The notes under the pieces: model-generated | Told to the model about the DNA's origin: nothing | Seen by the model: the letters and a program-made list of their open reading frames with translations, nothing else | Databases searched by the model: none | Source: Candidatus Taylorbacteria bacterium RIFCSPHIGHO2_12_FULL_45_16 | Lineage (GTDB): Bacteria > Patescibacteriota > Minisyncoccia > Phycocordibacterales > PALSA-1337 | Assembly (NCBI GenBank): GCA_001821055.1 | Contig: MHRT01000004.1 | Location: forward strand, 5,548 to 69,547 | Direction: 5' to 3' | DNA length: 64,000 bases | Shown here: piece by piece, positions 24,623 through 34,814 of the stretch | Numbering within the stretch: the first letter of the stretch is position 1 | How the letters are laid out: every line of letters starts with the position of its first letter | Program-made: the position numbers and the translations under genes

Positions 24623-25414
24623 ATGAAAGACAATTATTACAACTTCATCCTTCCGCTTGTTCGTGATTCCGGCGGCATCCTCTTGGAGTATTTTGGCACG
24701 AACATTAAAACTTCACACAAAGGTGAAGATTTAAGGGACATTGTCACTGACGCAGATATCAAAGTCAGTCGTTTCATTGAGCGGACAATCAGGGCATCAT
24801 ATCCTGATGATCAGATCTACTCGGAGGAACGGGTTGCAGGCACTAAACCAATTGACACCACTCGGGCATATTGGACCATTGATCCGATAGATGGCACGTC
24901 CAATTTTTCGAGGAACATTTCTCATTTCGCGGTTTGCATCGGATATGTCGAATCAAACCATCCATCAGTCGGCGCCATATACAATCCGATCACCAGAGAG
25001 CTTTTTAGTTTTGAACGGGGAAAGGGAGCTTTTCTGAATAGGGCAAAAATTTCGGTTCTGCCGACCAGAACACTTGCCGATGCCAATGTACTTTTGCATA
25101 TCGGCCGGCGTCCCGAGCTTGCCGAATGGGGTCTTGCCTTGCAACGCCTGCTCCTTACCTCCGCCAAGAAGAATCTTAACCTTGGTTCGTCAGCTTTGGA
25201 TATTTGTTTCGTTGCCGCCGGCCGTGCCGATGCTTCCATATATGGCACGCTGACTACGAGGGATATATCTCCGGCACTAGGAATATTGAGAGAGGCCGGA
25301 GGAGAGATTTATACCGCTGAAGGTAAGCCTGCTGAATTGAGCGACTCACCGCAGAAAGTTTTTTCGTGCGCTACATCGGAATTGTATCGAGATATAGTTG
25401 CCAAATCGAAATGA
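24623..25414 (+). CDS. Inositol monophosphatase family protein (SuhB/CysQ-like)
   Basis: 'EERVAG', 'WTIDPIDGTSNF' and 'WDICFVAAG'-like motifs. Confidence 0.75.
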   Translation: MKDNYYNFILPLVRDSGGILLEYFGTNIKTSHKGEDLRDIVTDADIKVSRFIERTIRASYPDDQIYSEERVAGTKPIDTTRAYWTIDPIDGTSNFSRNISHFAVCIGYVESNHPSVGAIYNPITRELFSFERGKGAFLNRAKISVLPTRTLADANVLLHIGRRPELAEWGLALQRLLLTSAKKNLNLGSSALDICFVAAGRADASIYGTLTTRDISPALGILREAGGEIYTAEGKPAELSDSPQKVFSCATSELYRDIVAKSK

Positions 25415-25431
25415 CGTAATACAAAAGGTGA

Positions 25432-26535
25432 TCAGGCGGCGGCAAACTCTTGCTGTCGCTCTTTTTCTTCAGGTGATCGCAAACGATTGCGTCCGGCGAG
25501 ATATTCTGGGAGGATTTTTGGGTCTGGCTGAATGTCATTGAGGATTGCCATGAGCATGTCGTGCCAGAATGACAGCCGCAGTTTCGTCAGTTCACGCAGA
25601 TCTCCGTCGGTTTTTTCCAGGGCGGCGGCGTAGTAGTTGAGCAGATACCCGATCTTGTATGCGCGCATGAGGCGCAGGTCGAGGTATTCTTCGGCGCCGC
25701 GATTTTTGCGAATGTAGGCGAGAAGCATGGCTTCGAGCTTCGGATTGTGGATGAACATATAGTTGAGAAAGCGTGCCCACCCTTCATATTTATTGCCGAA
25801 ATGAACCGCCGAGCAGTCAAGCATATATATCGCGTGGTCGCGTACGCGGAAGTTATGGGGTACGAAGTCGGTGTGTGTCAGATAATTCGAGTAGCGCCCG
25901 AGCACCGCGACATTGGACTGGAGCATCTTGAGTGCGTCGACGAGAAACCGAGGATCGGATTTGATTTTAGCGAATGCGGTGCGTGTCTTTTCTGGGAATG
26001 TTTTGAATGATTCCAGATACTTATCAGGGCCGAATATAACGAAATTCTTCTGTATTGTCTTCAGATGCTCGAGAGTGGTGGCATGAAATGATTCTTGTGC
26101 TTCGAAGGCACGGAGAATAAGGAAAAACTGATCTTCAATCGTATGTGCCACAAAAACTTTATCTTGGGGTATATACTCGGTAATCCAGATCATGTATCCG
26201 CCCTTGGTTCCGTGGTATATCTCCACCGGGAAAAGGATGTATTCCGACGCAAACTCGATTGACATGAGCGTGTCGCGGGCGGTCTTCTCGGTGATGATTT
26301 CTTTCTGGCCATCCGGATGATTGCTGGTTTTGACGATGACTTTCATGCCGTCCTTCATTCGAGTGGCGGCTAGAACGAGCTTGTTGCGAGTCATCAGGTA
26401 TCTCTCGCCACTCAAGTGAGGCTGGTGCTCGCTGAGCTCATATCCGATTGGTTTGAGAAGGGCGGATATGGCGGAGAGTTGTGTAGCGACATATTCCTTC
26501 CATCTTTCTTCAGGTAGCGTTGATTTCATCGTCAT
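25432..26535 (-). CDS. Protein-kinase-like fold phosphotransferase (APH / choline-kinase-like)
   Basis: Catalytic-loop-like 'LTHTDFVPHNFRVRD' followed by 'MLDCS' (an H-x-D-x4-N...D arrangement). Confidence 0.45.
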   Translation of the reverse strand: MTMKSTLPEERWKEYVATQLSAISALLKPIGYELSEHQPHLSGERYLMTRNKLVLAATRMKDGMKVIVKTSNHPDGQKEIITEKTARDTLMSIEFASEYILFPVEIYHGTKGGYMIWITEYIPQDKVFVAHTIEDQFFLILRAFEAQESFHATTLEHLKTIQKNFVIFGPDKYLESFKTFPEKTRTAFAKIKSDPRFLVDALKMLQSNVAVLGRYSNYLTHTDFVPHNFRVRDHAIYMLDCSAVHFGNKYEGWARFLNYMFIHNPKLEAMLLAYIRKNRGAEEYLDLRLMRAYKIGYLLNYYAAALEKTDGDLRELTKLRLSFWHDMLMAILNDIQPDPKILPEYLAGRNRLRSPEEKERQQEFAAA

Positions 26536-26570
26536 TTTATCCTATAGTAGATGATGTCTTTTCGCAATCC

Positions 26571-27530
26571 ATGGAAACCGTACTCATAACCGGTGGTGCA
26601 GGATTCATCGGGTCTCATGTGGTCCGCAGGCTTATCGACGGCGGGTATCGTGTAGTATGTGTCGATAATTTTAACACTATATATAATCCCGCTTTCAAAG
26701 AGCAGAATGTCGCACCTTTCTTGTCTTTGAAGTCATTCCGACTTGAACGTGCCGATATTCGCGATAAAGCCGCGCTCAAGATGACCTTCGAGAAGGAGAA
26801 TCCTGCATACATTGTTCATCTCGCTGCTCTTGGCGATACGCGAAATGCTGTCGATAATCCTGGTGAGTACGTTGATGTGAATATCAACGGTACGCTCAAT
26901 TTGCTCGAACTCACGCGTGAGTACAAGGTCAAGAATATAGTCATGGCCTCGTCCTCTTCTGTCTATGGGAATACTCCTCGTTTCCCGTGGGTCGAGTCTG
27001 AAACTGCCGACACGCCCCTTTCACCGTACGGCGCGACCAAACGAGCCGCGGAATTATTCGCTTACACATACCATCACAATTTTGGCCTGAATATAACCTG
27101 CCTCCGTTTTTTCAACGCCTATGGCGAGAACAATCGACCGGGAATGGTTCCATATGTTTGGACCGAGGCTTTGCTCAAGGGTAAGGAGATTGAGATATCA
27201 GGCGATGGATCCCGCAAGCGCGACTATACATATGTTGGAGATGTGGCTGATGCGACTATTCTGGCCATGAATAAACCACTGGGCTATGAAGTATTAAATA
27301 TCGGCAATAACAAGCCGGTGTCATTGCTTGAATTGCTCGCGGTCCTCGAAAAGGCGACTGGTAAAAGTTCGACACGCCGGATGCGTCCGAGCCACTCGGC
27401 GAGCGTGGAGATAACATGCGCGGATATTTCAAAGGCGAAAAGATTGCTCGGCTGGGAGCCGAAGGTTCCCATCGAAGAAGGCATACGCCGCCTAATTGCG
27501 TGGTTTCGCGAGAACAGACTCGAAGATTGA
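26571..27530 (+). CDS. NAD-dependent sugar epimerase/dehydratase (extended SDR)
   Basis: 'VLITGGAGFIGSHVVRRL' and the catalytic 'YGATK'. About 320 aa. Confidence 0.8.
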   Translation: METVLITGGAGFIGSHVVRRLIDGGYRVVCVDNFNTIYNPAFKEQNVAPFLSLKSFRLERADIRDKAALKMTFEKENPAYIVHLAALGDTRNAVDNPGEYVDVNINGTLNLLELTREYKVKNIVMASSSSVYGNTPRFPWVESETADTPLSPYGATKRAAELFAYTYHHNFGLNITCLRFFNAYGENNRPGMVPYVWTEALLKGKEIEISGDGSRKRDYTYVGDVADATILAMNKPLGYEVLNIGNNKPVSLLELLAVLEKATGKSSTRRMRPSHSASVEITCADISKAKRLLGWEPKVPIEEGIRRLIAWFRENRLED

Positions 27531-28646
27531 GGTTAGACCTGCGAGGTGGCCTTCCCAGGAGAATTTTTCTTTCAATAACTTCGTTCCACCGTCGGTGAGT
27601 TTCTTGCAAAGCGCGGCATCGGTGAACAGACGCTCTATGGCATTTGCCAATTCAGCGTCATTCCCCGGCCGGACGAGCAGTCCGGTTTTTTCATGGTACA
27701 CGGCTTCATTTGTTCCCGATATATCAGTGGCTATGACGGGGATTTGAGCGGCGAAACTAGTCAGAACTGTGTGAGGCAGGCCTTCGTAAGTTGAATTGAG
27801 AACGTACACTGAAGATTTTTTACGGATATGCCACGTTTCGGCGCGAGAAACTTTTCCCAGAAATGACACGGAATTGTCCATGCCAAGGTTGCGGGACAGT
27901 TTTTTCAAGCTGTCAGTTTCAGGACCATCTCCAGCAATGATTGTCCGAACGTCGGGGAACTTTTTGCGAACGATAGATGTCGCTCTGATGATGCCAGCAA
28001 CGCCTTTCCAGGCGACCAGACGAGCCGTGACGGCGATCTGATGGGGGATCGGAGGGGTCGGCTCGAACGGCAGGACTTCGGTTACCTCGGCGGCATTGTA
28101 GTTCACTGTTGTACGCTCCGGCCGCACGCCGTAGGTCTTGATGAGTTCTTGGCTTAGATATGCCGATGGAGTGGTCACGCAGGCGGCCCGGCGGAGCACC
28201 CAGCCCTGGACACGCATCATCATCCGGATCTTCCAATCGCCGTCCGGGCTTATTAAAAATTCTTCCAAACGCTTTTTTGTCAGACGTCTCTGGGTGGCTC
28301 GCTCCCAAGCTTCATCGCCGACAAACTTGAGGACTAATGGCTTGCGCCGGATCATGCAGGCGAGCGCGGCCGGCAATCCGGCGGCCATGGCATTCTGAAC
28401 ATATACGAGGTCAGCCCCGTGAGACGCTTTGAGTAAGGCAAAAAAATAAAGGACAAGACGAACGAGTAGCGGCTTCTGCTTGCTCACCTGAATCAACTGT
28501 GTGCCAGGCATGGCCATGCCTACATCTGTATACGCCACGACGATTATGGAATGGCTGTCACGTAGCCGCTCACAGAGCTCTTTCGTGTATGTCGCCGGTC
28601 CGCCGATCTCCGGAAGATAGATCGGAGTTGCGATGATGACTTTCAT
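27492..28646 (-). CDS. Glycosyltransferase family 4
   Basis: 'STYEGLPHTVLTSFAAQIPVIATDISGTNEAV'. The N-terminus 'MKVIIATPIYLPEIGG' is typical GT4. Confidence 0.7.
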   Translation of the reverse strand: MKVIIATPIYLPEIGGPATYTKELCERLRDSHSIIVVAYTDVGMAMPGTQLIQVSKQKPLLVRLVLYFFALLKASHGADLVYVQNAMAAGLPAALACMIRRKPLVLKFVGDEAWERATQRRLTKKRLEEFLISPDGDWKIRMMMRVQGWVLRRAACVTTPSAYLSQELIKTYGVRPERTTVNYNAAEVTEVLPFEPTPPIPHQIAVTARLVAWKGVAGIIRATSIVRKKFPDVRTIIAGDGPETDSLKKLSRNLGMDNSVSFLGKVSRAETWHIRKKSSVYVLNSTYEGLPHTVLTSFAAQIPVIATDISGTNEAVYHEKTGLLVRPGNDAELANAIERLFTDAALCKKLTDGGTKLLKEKFSWEGHLAGLTSIFESVLAKPRN

Positions 28647-28693
28647 GCAAACAAAGTAACACAAAAAGATAAAATAGTGTACTATAAGATAGT

Positions 28694-29767
28694 ATGAAAA
28701 TCCTCATTGCTTCAGGGATATATCCACCAGATATCGGCGGTCCCGCCCAGTACGCCCGCAATCTCTATGAGACGTGGAAGAATGCAAAAGACGCGAACTC
28801 CCGGTCTCTCCACGAAGTCAAAGTCGCGGCCTATCGCTGGGAGCGAGCATTTCCGCCATTGGTCCGGCACCTGCTTTATTTTTTGAAAATAATCCGCAAG
28901 GGTTGGGATGCTGACTTAGTCTTGGTTTTGGATACTTGGTCGGCGGCTGTTCCGGCGATGTATGCTTGCAAGCTGATGCGCAAAAAATACATTGTTCGAA
29001 CAGGCGGCGATTTTCTCTGGGAGTCGTATGTCGAACGGACAGGGGATATGGTCTTGTTCAAAGATTTTTATGGAAACGATTCGGGCCCAAATAGTGCTGG
29101 GCAAAATTTCATGGGCAAATTATCCCGCAAAGAGCGTTCGGTCTTCAAATTGGGTGGCGCTTCATTGCGTAATGCGGCTGCTGTTGTATTCAGCACTGAT
29201 TGGCAACGCGGGATTTTCGAAAAAGCCTATAATTTGGACTCTGGGAAAAACGTCATTATCGAGAATTACTGCGGACCTCGCGAACCATTTATCGAACCGG
29301 AAAATCGCACTTTCGTAGCCGGCACCAGGCCGCTCAAGTGGAAGAATATCGATCTTCTCAAAGAGGCCTTCCTAGAGGCCCAGAATGAGGTTAAACGGCT
29401 CAATTTGCCCCCTGTAGAGCTTGATTGCGGCAAGGCCGTCTATGACAGCTTTGTGGAAAAAATCCACCGTTCTTACGCCGTTATCCTAGCTTCGCTCGGC
29501 GATATCAGTCCGAACATGATTTTCGATGCCATCCGTGCCGGCACTCCTTTCGTAGTCACAAAAGAGAATGGAGTCATGAACCGAATCAAAGATGCCGCAG
29601 TGCTTGTCGATCCAAAGAACAAGAAGGATATAGTCGACAAGATCGTCTGGTTGGCTGATCCGAAGAACCGCGCGGAGCAGGCCAGGAAAGTTCAGGCGGT
29701 CCGATTCACGCATTCATGGGAGCAGATTGCGGAGGAGATTGTCAGAGTAGCCACGAAAAATAAATAA
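28694..29767 (+). CDS. Glycosyltransferase, GT4-like
   Basis: 'MKILIASGIYPPDIGGPAQYARNL' N-terminus. C-terminal 'FDAIRAGTPFVVTKENG'. Confidence 0.6.
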   Translation: MKILIASGIYPPDIGGPAQYARNLYETWKNAKDANSRSLHEVKVAAYRWERAFPPLVRHLLYFLKIIRKGWDADLVLVLDTWSAAVPAMYACKLMRKKYIVRTGGDFLWESYVERTGDMVLFKDFYGNDSGPNSAGQNFMGKLSRKERSVFKLGGASLRNAAAVVFSTDWQRGIFEKAYNLDSGKNVIIENYCGPREPFIEPENRTFVAGTRPLKWKNIDLLKEAFLEAQNEVKRLNLPPVELDCGKAVYDSFVEKIHRSYAVILASLGDISPNMIFDAIRAGTPFVVTKENGVMNRIKDAAVLVDPKNKKDIVDKIVWLADPKNRAEQARKVQAVRFTHSWEQIAEEIVRVATKNK

Positions 29768-29768
29768 C

Positions 29769-30788
29769 ATGAAGCTGTTGATGATTTCCACAGACCGCAA
29801 GATCTTCGAAGAGGGAAGCGCGGTGCGTGTCCGACAAATCGAGTATGCCAAAGAGTATGAGGAAGTTCATATCATTGTTTTCGCCAAAAAGTCCAAAGTT
29901 CAAAGCCTAAAGTCAGAAACAGTCATCGCCTCGAATTGCTGGGCGTACTCGACGAATTCGCCGTCTAAGTTTTTTTATTCGTTTAATGCAACTAGTCTAG
30001 GGCGATTCATCATCTCCAAAAGAGGAATCACGAGCATCACTTGCCAAGATCCATTCCTGACGGCGATGTCCGGAGTGGCGCTCAAAAGGGAGTTCAGTTT
30101 GCCGCTTGAAATTCAATTGCATACTGACATTGGCAGTCCGAATTTTGGTTATACCACTTCCAACAAAATCCGGAAAATTTTGGCCCTCTCATATCTTCTC
30201 AAGGCCGATACAATTAGGGTTGTTTCAAACAAGATCAAGGATTATTTGACGAGCTCGCTTGGAATCGATGCGGCGAAAATTACTGTCAGACCGATCGCGG
30301 TTGACATCGAAAAGATCAAAAACGCGCAGATAATCGAAGGTGCCGATCTGCGTAAAAAATATTCGCGGTTTGAGAAGATCGTTCTGATGGCTTCGCGATT
30401 GGAAAAGGAAAAGAATGTGGGACTTGCGATCCGTGCGTGGGCCGGGGTGATTGAAACGATGCCGAAAGCCGGGCTGGTAATAGTTGGATCGGGTAGCGAG
30501 GATGGACGGCTCAAAAAAATGGTTGCAAAATTGAATCTCGCTAATTCAATAGCATTTGAAGATTGGACTGACAGAGATAGGCTAATTTCCTATTACAAAA
30601 CAGCTGATATTTTTCTGAACACTTCTTTGTTCGAGGGCTACGGGATGACGCTGATCGAGGCCCAAGCGGCTGGATGTAAGATGGTTTCGACCGATGTTGG
30701 AGTGGCTAGGGAAGTCGGGGCGGCTATCATACCTTGGTATGATTCGAATAGAGCTTCGGAAATAATCGCATTGCATTTATCCTCATAA
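29769..30788 (+). CDS. Glycosyltransferase family 4
   Basis: 'TSLFEGYGMTLIEAQAAGCKMVSTDVGVAREV'. Confidence 0.7.
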   Translation: MKLLMISTDRKIFEEGSAVRVRQIEYAKEYEEVHIIVFAKKSKVQSLKSETVIASNCWAYSTNSPSKFFYSFNATSLGRFIISKRGITSITCQDPFLTAMSGVALKREFSLPLEIQLHTDIGSPNFGYTTSNKIRKILALSYLLKADTIRVVSNKIKDYLTSSLGIDAAKITVRPIAVDIEKIKNAQIIEGADLRKKYSRFEKIVLMASRLEKEKNVGLAIRAWAGVIETMPKAGLVIVGSGSEDGRLKKMVAKLNLANSIAFEDWTDRDRLISYYKTADIFLNTSLFEGYGMTLIEAQAAGCKMVSTDVGVAREVGAAIIPWYDSNRASEIIALHLSS

Positions 30789-30806
30789 ACTGTAAACTCA
30801 TATCCT

Positions 30807-31868
30807 ATGAGACTTCTCATCTGCACACAGGTCATCGACAAGACTGATTCATCCCTAGGTTTCTTCCAGAAATGGGTTTCGTCGATGTCTCCAAAGTTCG
30901 AGAGCATAACTGTCATAGCTCTCAAGGTAGGAGTTTATACACTGCCAGGAAATGTGCAGGTGCATTCACTCGGGAAGGAGTCCTCCACCGGGAAGGGGCG
31001 GATAGCGAATAGGGCACGCTACGTCCTACGCTTCTATCGCTTTGCCTGGGGTATGCGCAAGGAATATGATGCAGTCTTCGTCCATATGAACCAGGAATAT
31101 GTTCTGCTCGGGGGGTTGATGTGGAAACTGCTCAGGAAGAAGATATACATGTGGAGGAACCACTACAAGGGCAACGTTGTCACGGATATTGCTGCTACTT
31201 TCTGCTACAAGGTGTTCTGTACCTCCATGTTCTCGTATACAGCGAAATATAAAAAGACAGTTCTCATGCCAGTAGGTGTGGATGAGGATTCGCGAAGGAT
31301 GGAGGAGCCAGTTGAGCGCACTCCGCGCTCAATCCTGTTCTTGGGGAGGTTGGATGCCTCGAAGCGTCCCGATGTTCTAATTGATGCCCTCGGAATCCTG
31401 GCCGGCAAAGGAATCGCCTTCAGCGCCTCGTTCGTGGGTGGTGCGTCGAAGACGGACTCCTCATACCCCGATCAGCTACGCACCCAAGTTAACCGGTTGG
31501 GTATAGATGATAAGGTCAAATTCATCGGTGCAGTACCGAACACAGAAACATTTCGCTATTACCGTTCGCATGTTATCTTCGTAAATTGCAGTAAGAGTGG
31601 CATGTTCGACAAGACTATATTCAAGGCGGTCGCGTGCGGATGTCTGGTGCTGGTCACGAGCCGAGACTTTGCCAATCTCGTCGGACCAGACTTTATTTTT
31701 CCCGATGGGGACTCAAACGCGCTCGCGGAGCTTCTCACATATTTTCTGGCAATCGATCTTGCTGAGCGGTCACGTCTTATCAATAGGCTCATGGATTGCA
31801 TGAAATGTCATAGTTTACCAGTGCTCGTAAATCGACTCGCTGAAGAAATCATTATGCCACACCGATGA
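30807..31868 (+). CDS. Glycosyltransferase family 4-like
   Basis: 'FLGRLDASKRPDVLIDAL...FVGGA' and 'KAVACGCLVLVTS'. Confidence 0.6.
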   Translation: MRLLICTQVIDKTDSSLGFFQKWVSSMSPKFESITVIALKVGVYTLPGNVQVHSLGKESSTGKGRIANRARYVLRFYRFAWGMRKEYDAVFVHMNQEYVLLGGLMWKLLRKKIYMWRNHYKGNVVTDIAATFCYKVFCTSMFSYTAKYKKTVLMPVGVDEDSRRMEEPVERTPRSILFLGRLDASKRPDVLIDALGILAGKGIAFSASFVGGASKTDSSYPDQLRTQVNRLGIDDKVKFIGAVPNTETFRYYRSHVIFVNCSKSGMFDKTIFKAVACGCLVLVTSRDFANLVGPDFIFPDGDSNALAELLTYFLAIDLAERSRLINRLMDCMKCHSLPVLVNRLAEEIIMPHR

Positions 31869-32317
31869 TTCAAACTTTTTCAACAACAAGCAGAAAGGCG
31901 TTTGAAGTCGTTAACAGGTATCTGATAGTCAGATACGCGATTTCTGGCAGCCTGTCTTCTGCTATAGATATTCTGGTCTTTTCCTTCATGATGGAGATAT
32001 CCCATCTGCATTATGCGATCGCGGCCGTAATCTCCGTCACGATATCTTTCTTTGCAAGATTCTATCTGCAAAAAACATTTGCGTTCAAGAATAGAACTTT
32101 GGATGTACATAGGCAGATCATGATGTACGGGGTCCTATATATATTTAGCATCATCATGACGATATTTTTTCTCTATATATTTATTGATATGCTCCATCTG
32201 TGGTATATGTTTGCGCAGATATTGACGATTGGTATAGTTGCTACCTTTTGTTTCTTTATTTATAGGCATGTCATTTTCAGACCAAGATTGTCGAATGACA
32301 TTGGGATGTCTAGATAA
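31865..32317 (+). CDS. GtrA-family membrane protein (polyprenyl-linked sugar translocation)
   Basis: 'RYLIVRYAISGSLSSAIDILVFSF'. Four TM helices in 150 aa. Confidence 0.65.
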   Translation: MIQTFSTTSRKAFEVVNRYLIVRYAISGSLSSAIDILVFSFMMEISHLHYAIAAVISVTISFFARFYLQKTFAFKNRTLDVHRQIMMYGVLYIFSIIMTIFFLYIFIDMLHLWYMFAQILTIGIVATFCFFIYRHVIFRPRLSNDIGMSR

Positions 32318-32325
32318 CAAAAAAT

Positions 32326-32955
32326 ATGTACATAAAAGTTGCTAAAAAAATGATAAAAGGCCAGACTATCCTTAGAATCATGATGAATTATGGTTTAGTG
32401 AGATATAATATTCACGGCAAAGTGGTTGATATTGGGGGCGGAAGATCCCCTGATTATTTTAGTTACATGAAAGTTGCGCCGGAAACGGTCATAGTCACAA
32501 TCGATGGGTCTATAAATGGTATTGATTTAGAAAAAGATTTCTTGCCAGAAGCTGATAGTCAAACTGATTTTGCAGTCTGTTGCAATGTGTTGGAGCATAT
32601 TTACAATTACATGTTTCTTATTGGAGAGATTAAAAGAATTTTGAAGCCAGGCGGACAACTCATTGGTTTCGTGCCTTTTTTTATAAATTATCATCCTGAT
32701 CCGCATGATTATTTCAGATATACCAATGAGGCCCTCAAAAAAATTCTCGAAGGTTTCAAGGGAATTGAGATTAGGGAAGTGGGAGTTGGTCCAATGTGTG
32801 TTGGTCTCAACAATATCATTCTTTATTTTCCTGTTTTTTTAAGACCAGTCCCGTTTTTTTTCTGCTACTTTATCGATAAGCTTTGGCTAAAATTGAGACC
32901 GGATATAACCTCCAGATATCCGTTGGGGTATGTATTTTCCGCTTTTAAGAGTTGA
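32326..32955 (+). CDS. Class I SAM-dependent methyltransferase (Methyltransf_11-like)
   Basis: 'VVDIGGGRSPDY', 'CCNVLEHIYN' and 'LKPGGQLIGFVP'. Confidence 0.6.
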   Translation: MYIKVAKKMIKGQTILRIMMNYGLVRYNIHGKVVDIGGGRSPDYFSYMKVAPETVIVTIDGSINGIDLEKDFLPEADSQTDFAVCCNVLEHIYNYMFLIGEIKRILKPGGQLIGFVPFFINYHPDPHDYFRYTNEALKKILEGFKGIEIREVGVGPMCVGLNNIILYFPVFLRPVPFFFCYFIDKLWLKLRPDITSRYPLGYVFSAFKS

Positions 32956-34793
32956 TCCATATGAAACTTATCTATCTGAATGCCAAAAAATATCCTGGAA
33001 ATACGGCGGACCATCATTATGTTCGCAATCTTGCCTATGCTTTTCAGAAAAGATTAGGAGAAAATTTTACTTTTGTTTCATTAAATACAGAAAAAGACGC
33101 CTTACCGAACATTTCCCTTGCGAGTGTTTTTATTCCATTTTTTTTAAAAAAGACATTAGTCTTTTTCTTTTGGTTACCGTGGTTTTATATGAGAAAAGTT
33201 GGACCACATAAACTACCAAATGAACTGGTGGTATTTTTCAGTAATGACCTCAATCTTCTCACCCTTGTTATTTTTTGGAAGACTGTCCTTTCTCTCCATA
33301 TAAAAATTGTTGCTGATTGGCATCATCTCACACATTCTTGGAAAGATCGTTTTGTCTCAGCTCATGTTGATTATTCGATTACCACCTCACATAAGCTTGC
33401 GAATATCCTTCAGACTATTTCACCCCTAACTCCAGCGCATACTGTCTATGGCGGTGTTGATCTTGATAATTATGATGGACAAGGTGACGTTGTAGGTTTG
33501 CGCAGAGATCTCGAGCTTCCAGAGCAGTCTTTTCTCATCGGCTATGTAGGTTTGTTTACTACCATGGGCATGGAAAAGGGTATATCCATGATGATTGGTG
33601 CGCTTGCCAAACTCACCCCAAACTTTTCAATGGTATTCGTTGGAGGGAATCCAACAGAAATCGAATTCTACAAGAAGGAAGCTCTTGCACTCAATGTCTC
33701 CGAGAGGTGTATTTTCCTTCCCATTCAACCATTTTCGAATGTAGTGAAGTACGAAAAAGCCATGGATGTACTGGTGATTCCGTACCCAGATAAGCCACAT
33801 TTTAGAAATTATGGTTTTCCCATGAAGATATACGAATATATGGCAAGTGGTGTTCCTGTGGTCTACACCAAGCTTGATCTTATAGAGGAAGTTGTGAGTG
33901 ATTGTGCTTATGGCATCCCGCCTGACTCATCGGATGAGCTCGCGCAGGTACTTCTAAATATACGTAAAGATTCCAAAACGGCAGGAAAACTCGCGAAAAA
34001 ATCTCTCGAAAAAGTCAAAAGCCTCGGTTGGGATGATAAAGCCAGAAATATTCTCGGTGTATTTGATATAATTCCAGGCATGCTCACTATTCCGCGTGCC
34101 GCTCTCAAGTACATCCTTTTTCAGAGAACAGATTTTTCCATATACACCCGCTTGCGATGGTCTCTGCGTATAGTGATGAATAAACGTATTCCAATTTATA
34201 ACTTGGCAGTCAAACTAGAAGCACTCTTTCTTCCTCGAAGGACCAGGAAACTTTTCTCTCTTGATATGGGACGCGAATACTCCCTTGTAAAAAAATACTT
34301 ACCTGCCAATCCAAGTAATATTTTAGACATCGGTTGCGGAGTAGCCGGAATAGATGTCATGTTTCATAAGCACTACATTGCTTTGAATAGTGATCCACAC
34401 TTTTATCTTCTGGATAAGAGCATAATAAACTCCAAAGTTTATTATGGTATTGAAAAAGAAGCGGCTTACTATAATTCTCTGGACATTGCCAAGCGACTCC
34501 TTATGGCAAATGGAGTAAAAGAATCACACATCCACACCCAGGAAGTTACGGAAGCCCCTCTGTTTCCCGGTATGAAGTTTGATCTTGTTATTTCCCTTAT
34601 TTCATGGGGTTTCCATTATCCCATAAGTGCTTATCTCGATTACACATATGGGGCACTCACTTCAGGTGGGACTCTTATTGTAGATGTGCGCAAGGGAACG
34701 GAAGGTGAAGCTTTGCTTGAGAAAAAGTTTGGCTCGCTGAAGATTATTTCTGAAGCGCAGAAATATCGTCGGATTTTGGTTTCTAAAATGTAA
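32952..34793 (+). CDS. Fusion protein: GT4 glycosyltransferase plus a C-terminal class I methyltransferase-like domain
   Basis: GT4 region 'FPMKIYEYMASGVPVVYTKLDLIEEVV'. C-terminal 'NILDIGCGVAGIDVMF...GGTLIVDV'. Confidence 0.6.
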   Translation: MIHMKLIYLNAKKYPGNTADHHYVRNLAYAFQKRLGENFTFVSLNTEKDALPNISLASVFIPFFLKKTLVFFFWLPWFYMRKVGPHKLPNELVVFFSNDLNLLTLVIFWKTVLSLHIKIVADWHHLTHSWKDRFVSAHVDYSITTSHKLANILQTISPLTPAHTVYGGVDLDNYDGQGDVVGLRRDLELPEQSFLIGYVGLFTTMGMEKGISMMIGALAKLTPNFSMVFVGGNPTEIEFYKKEALALNVSERCIFLPIQPFSNVVKYEKAMDVLVIPYPDKPHFRNYGFPMKIYEYMASGVPVVYTKLDLIEEVVSDCAYGIPPDSSDELAQVLLNIRKDSKTAGKLAKKSLEKVKSLGWDDKARNILGVFDIIPGMLTIPRAALKYILFQRTDFSIYTRLRWSLRIVMNKRIPIYNLAVKLEALFLPRRTRKLFSLDMGREYSLVKKYLPANPSNILDIGCGVAGIDVMFHKHYIALNSDPHFYLLDKSIINSKVYYGIEKEAAYYNSLDIAKRLLMANGVKESHIHTQEVTEAPLFPGMKFDLVISLISWGFHYPISAYLDYTYGALTSGGTLIVDVRKGTEGEALLEKKFGSLKIISEAQKYRRILVSKM

Positions 34794-34814
34794 ATTATAT
34801 AGGAGAGATAGATC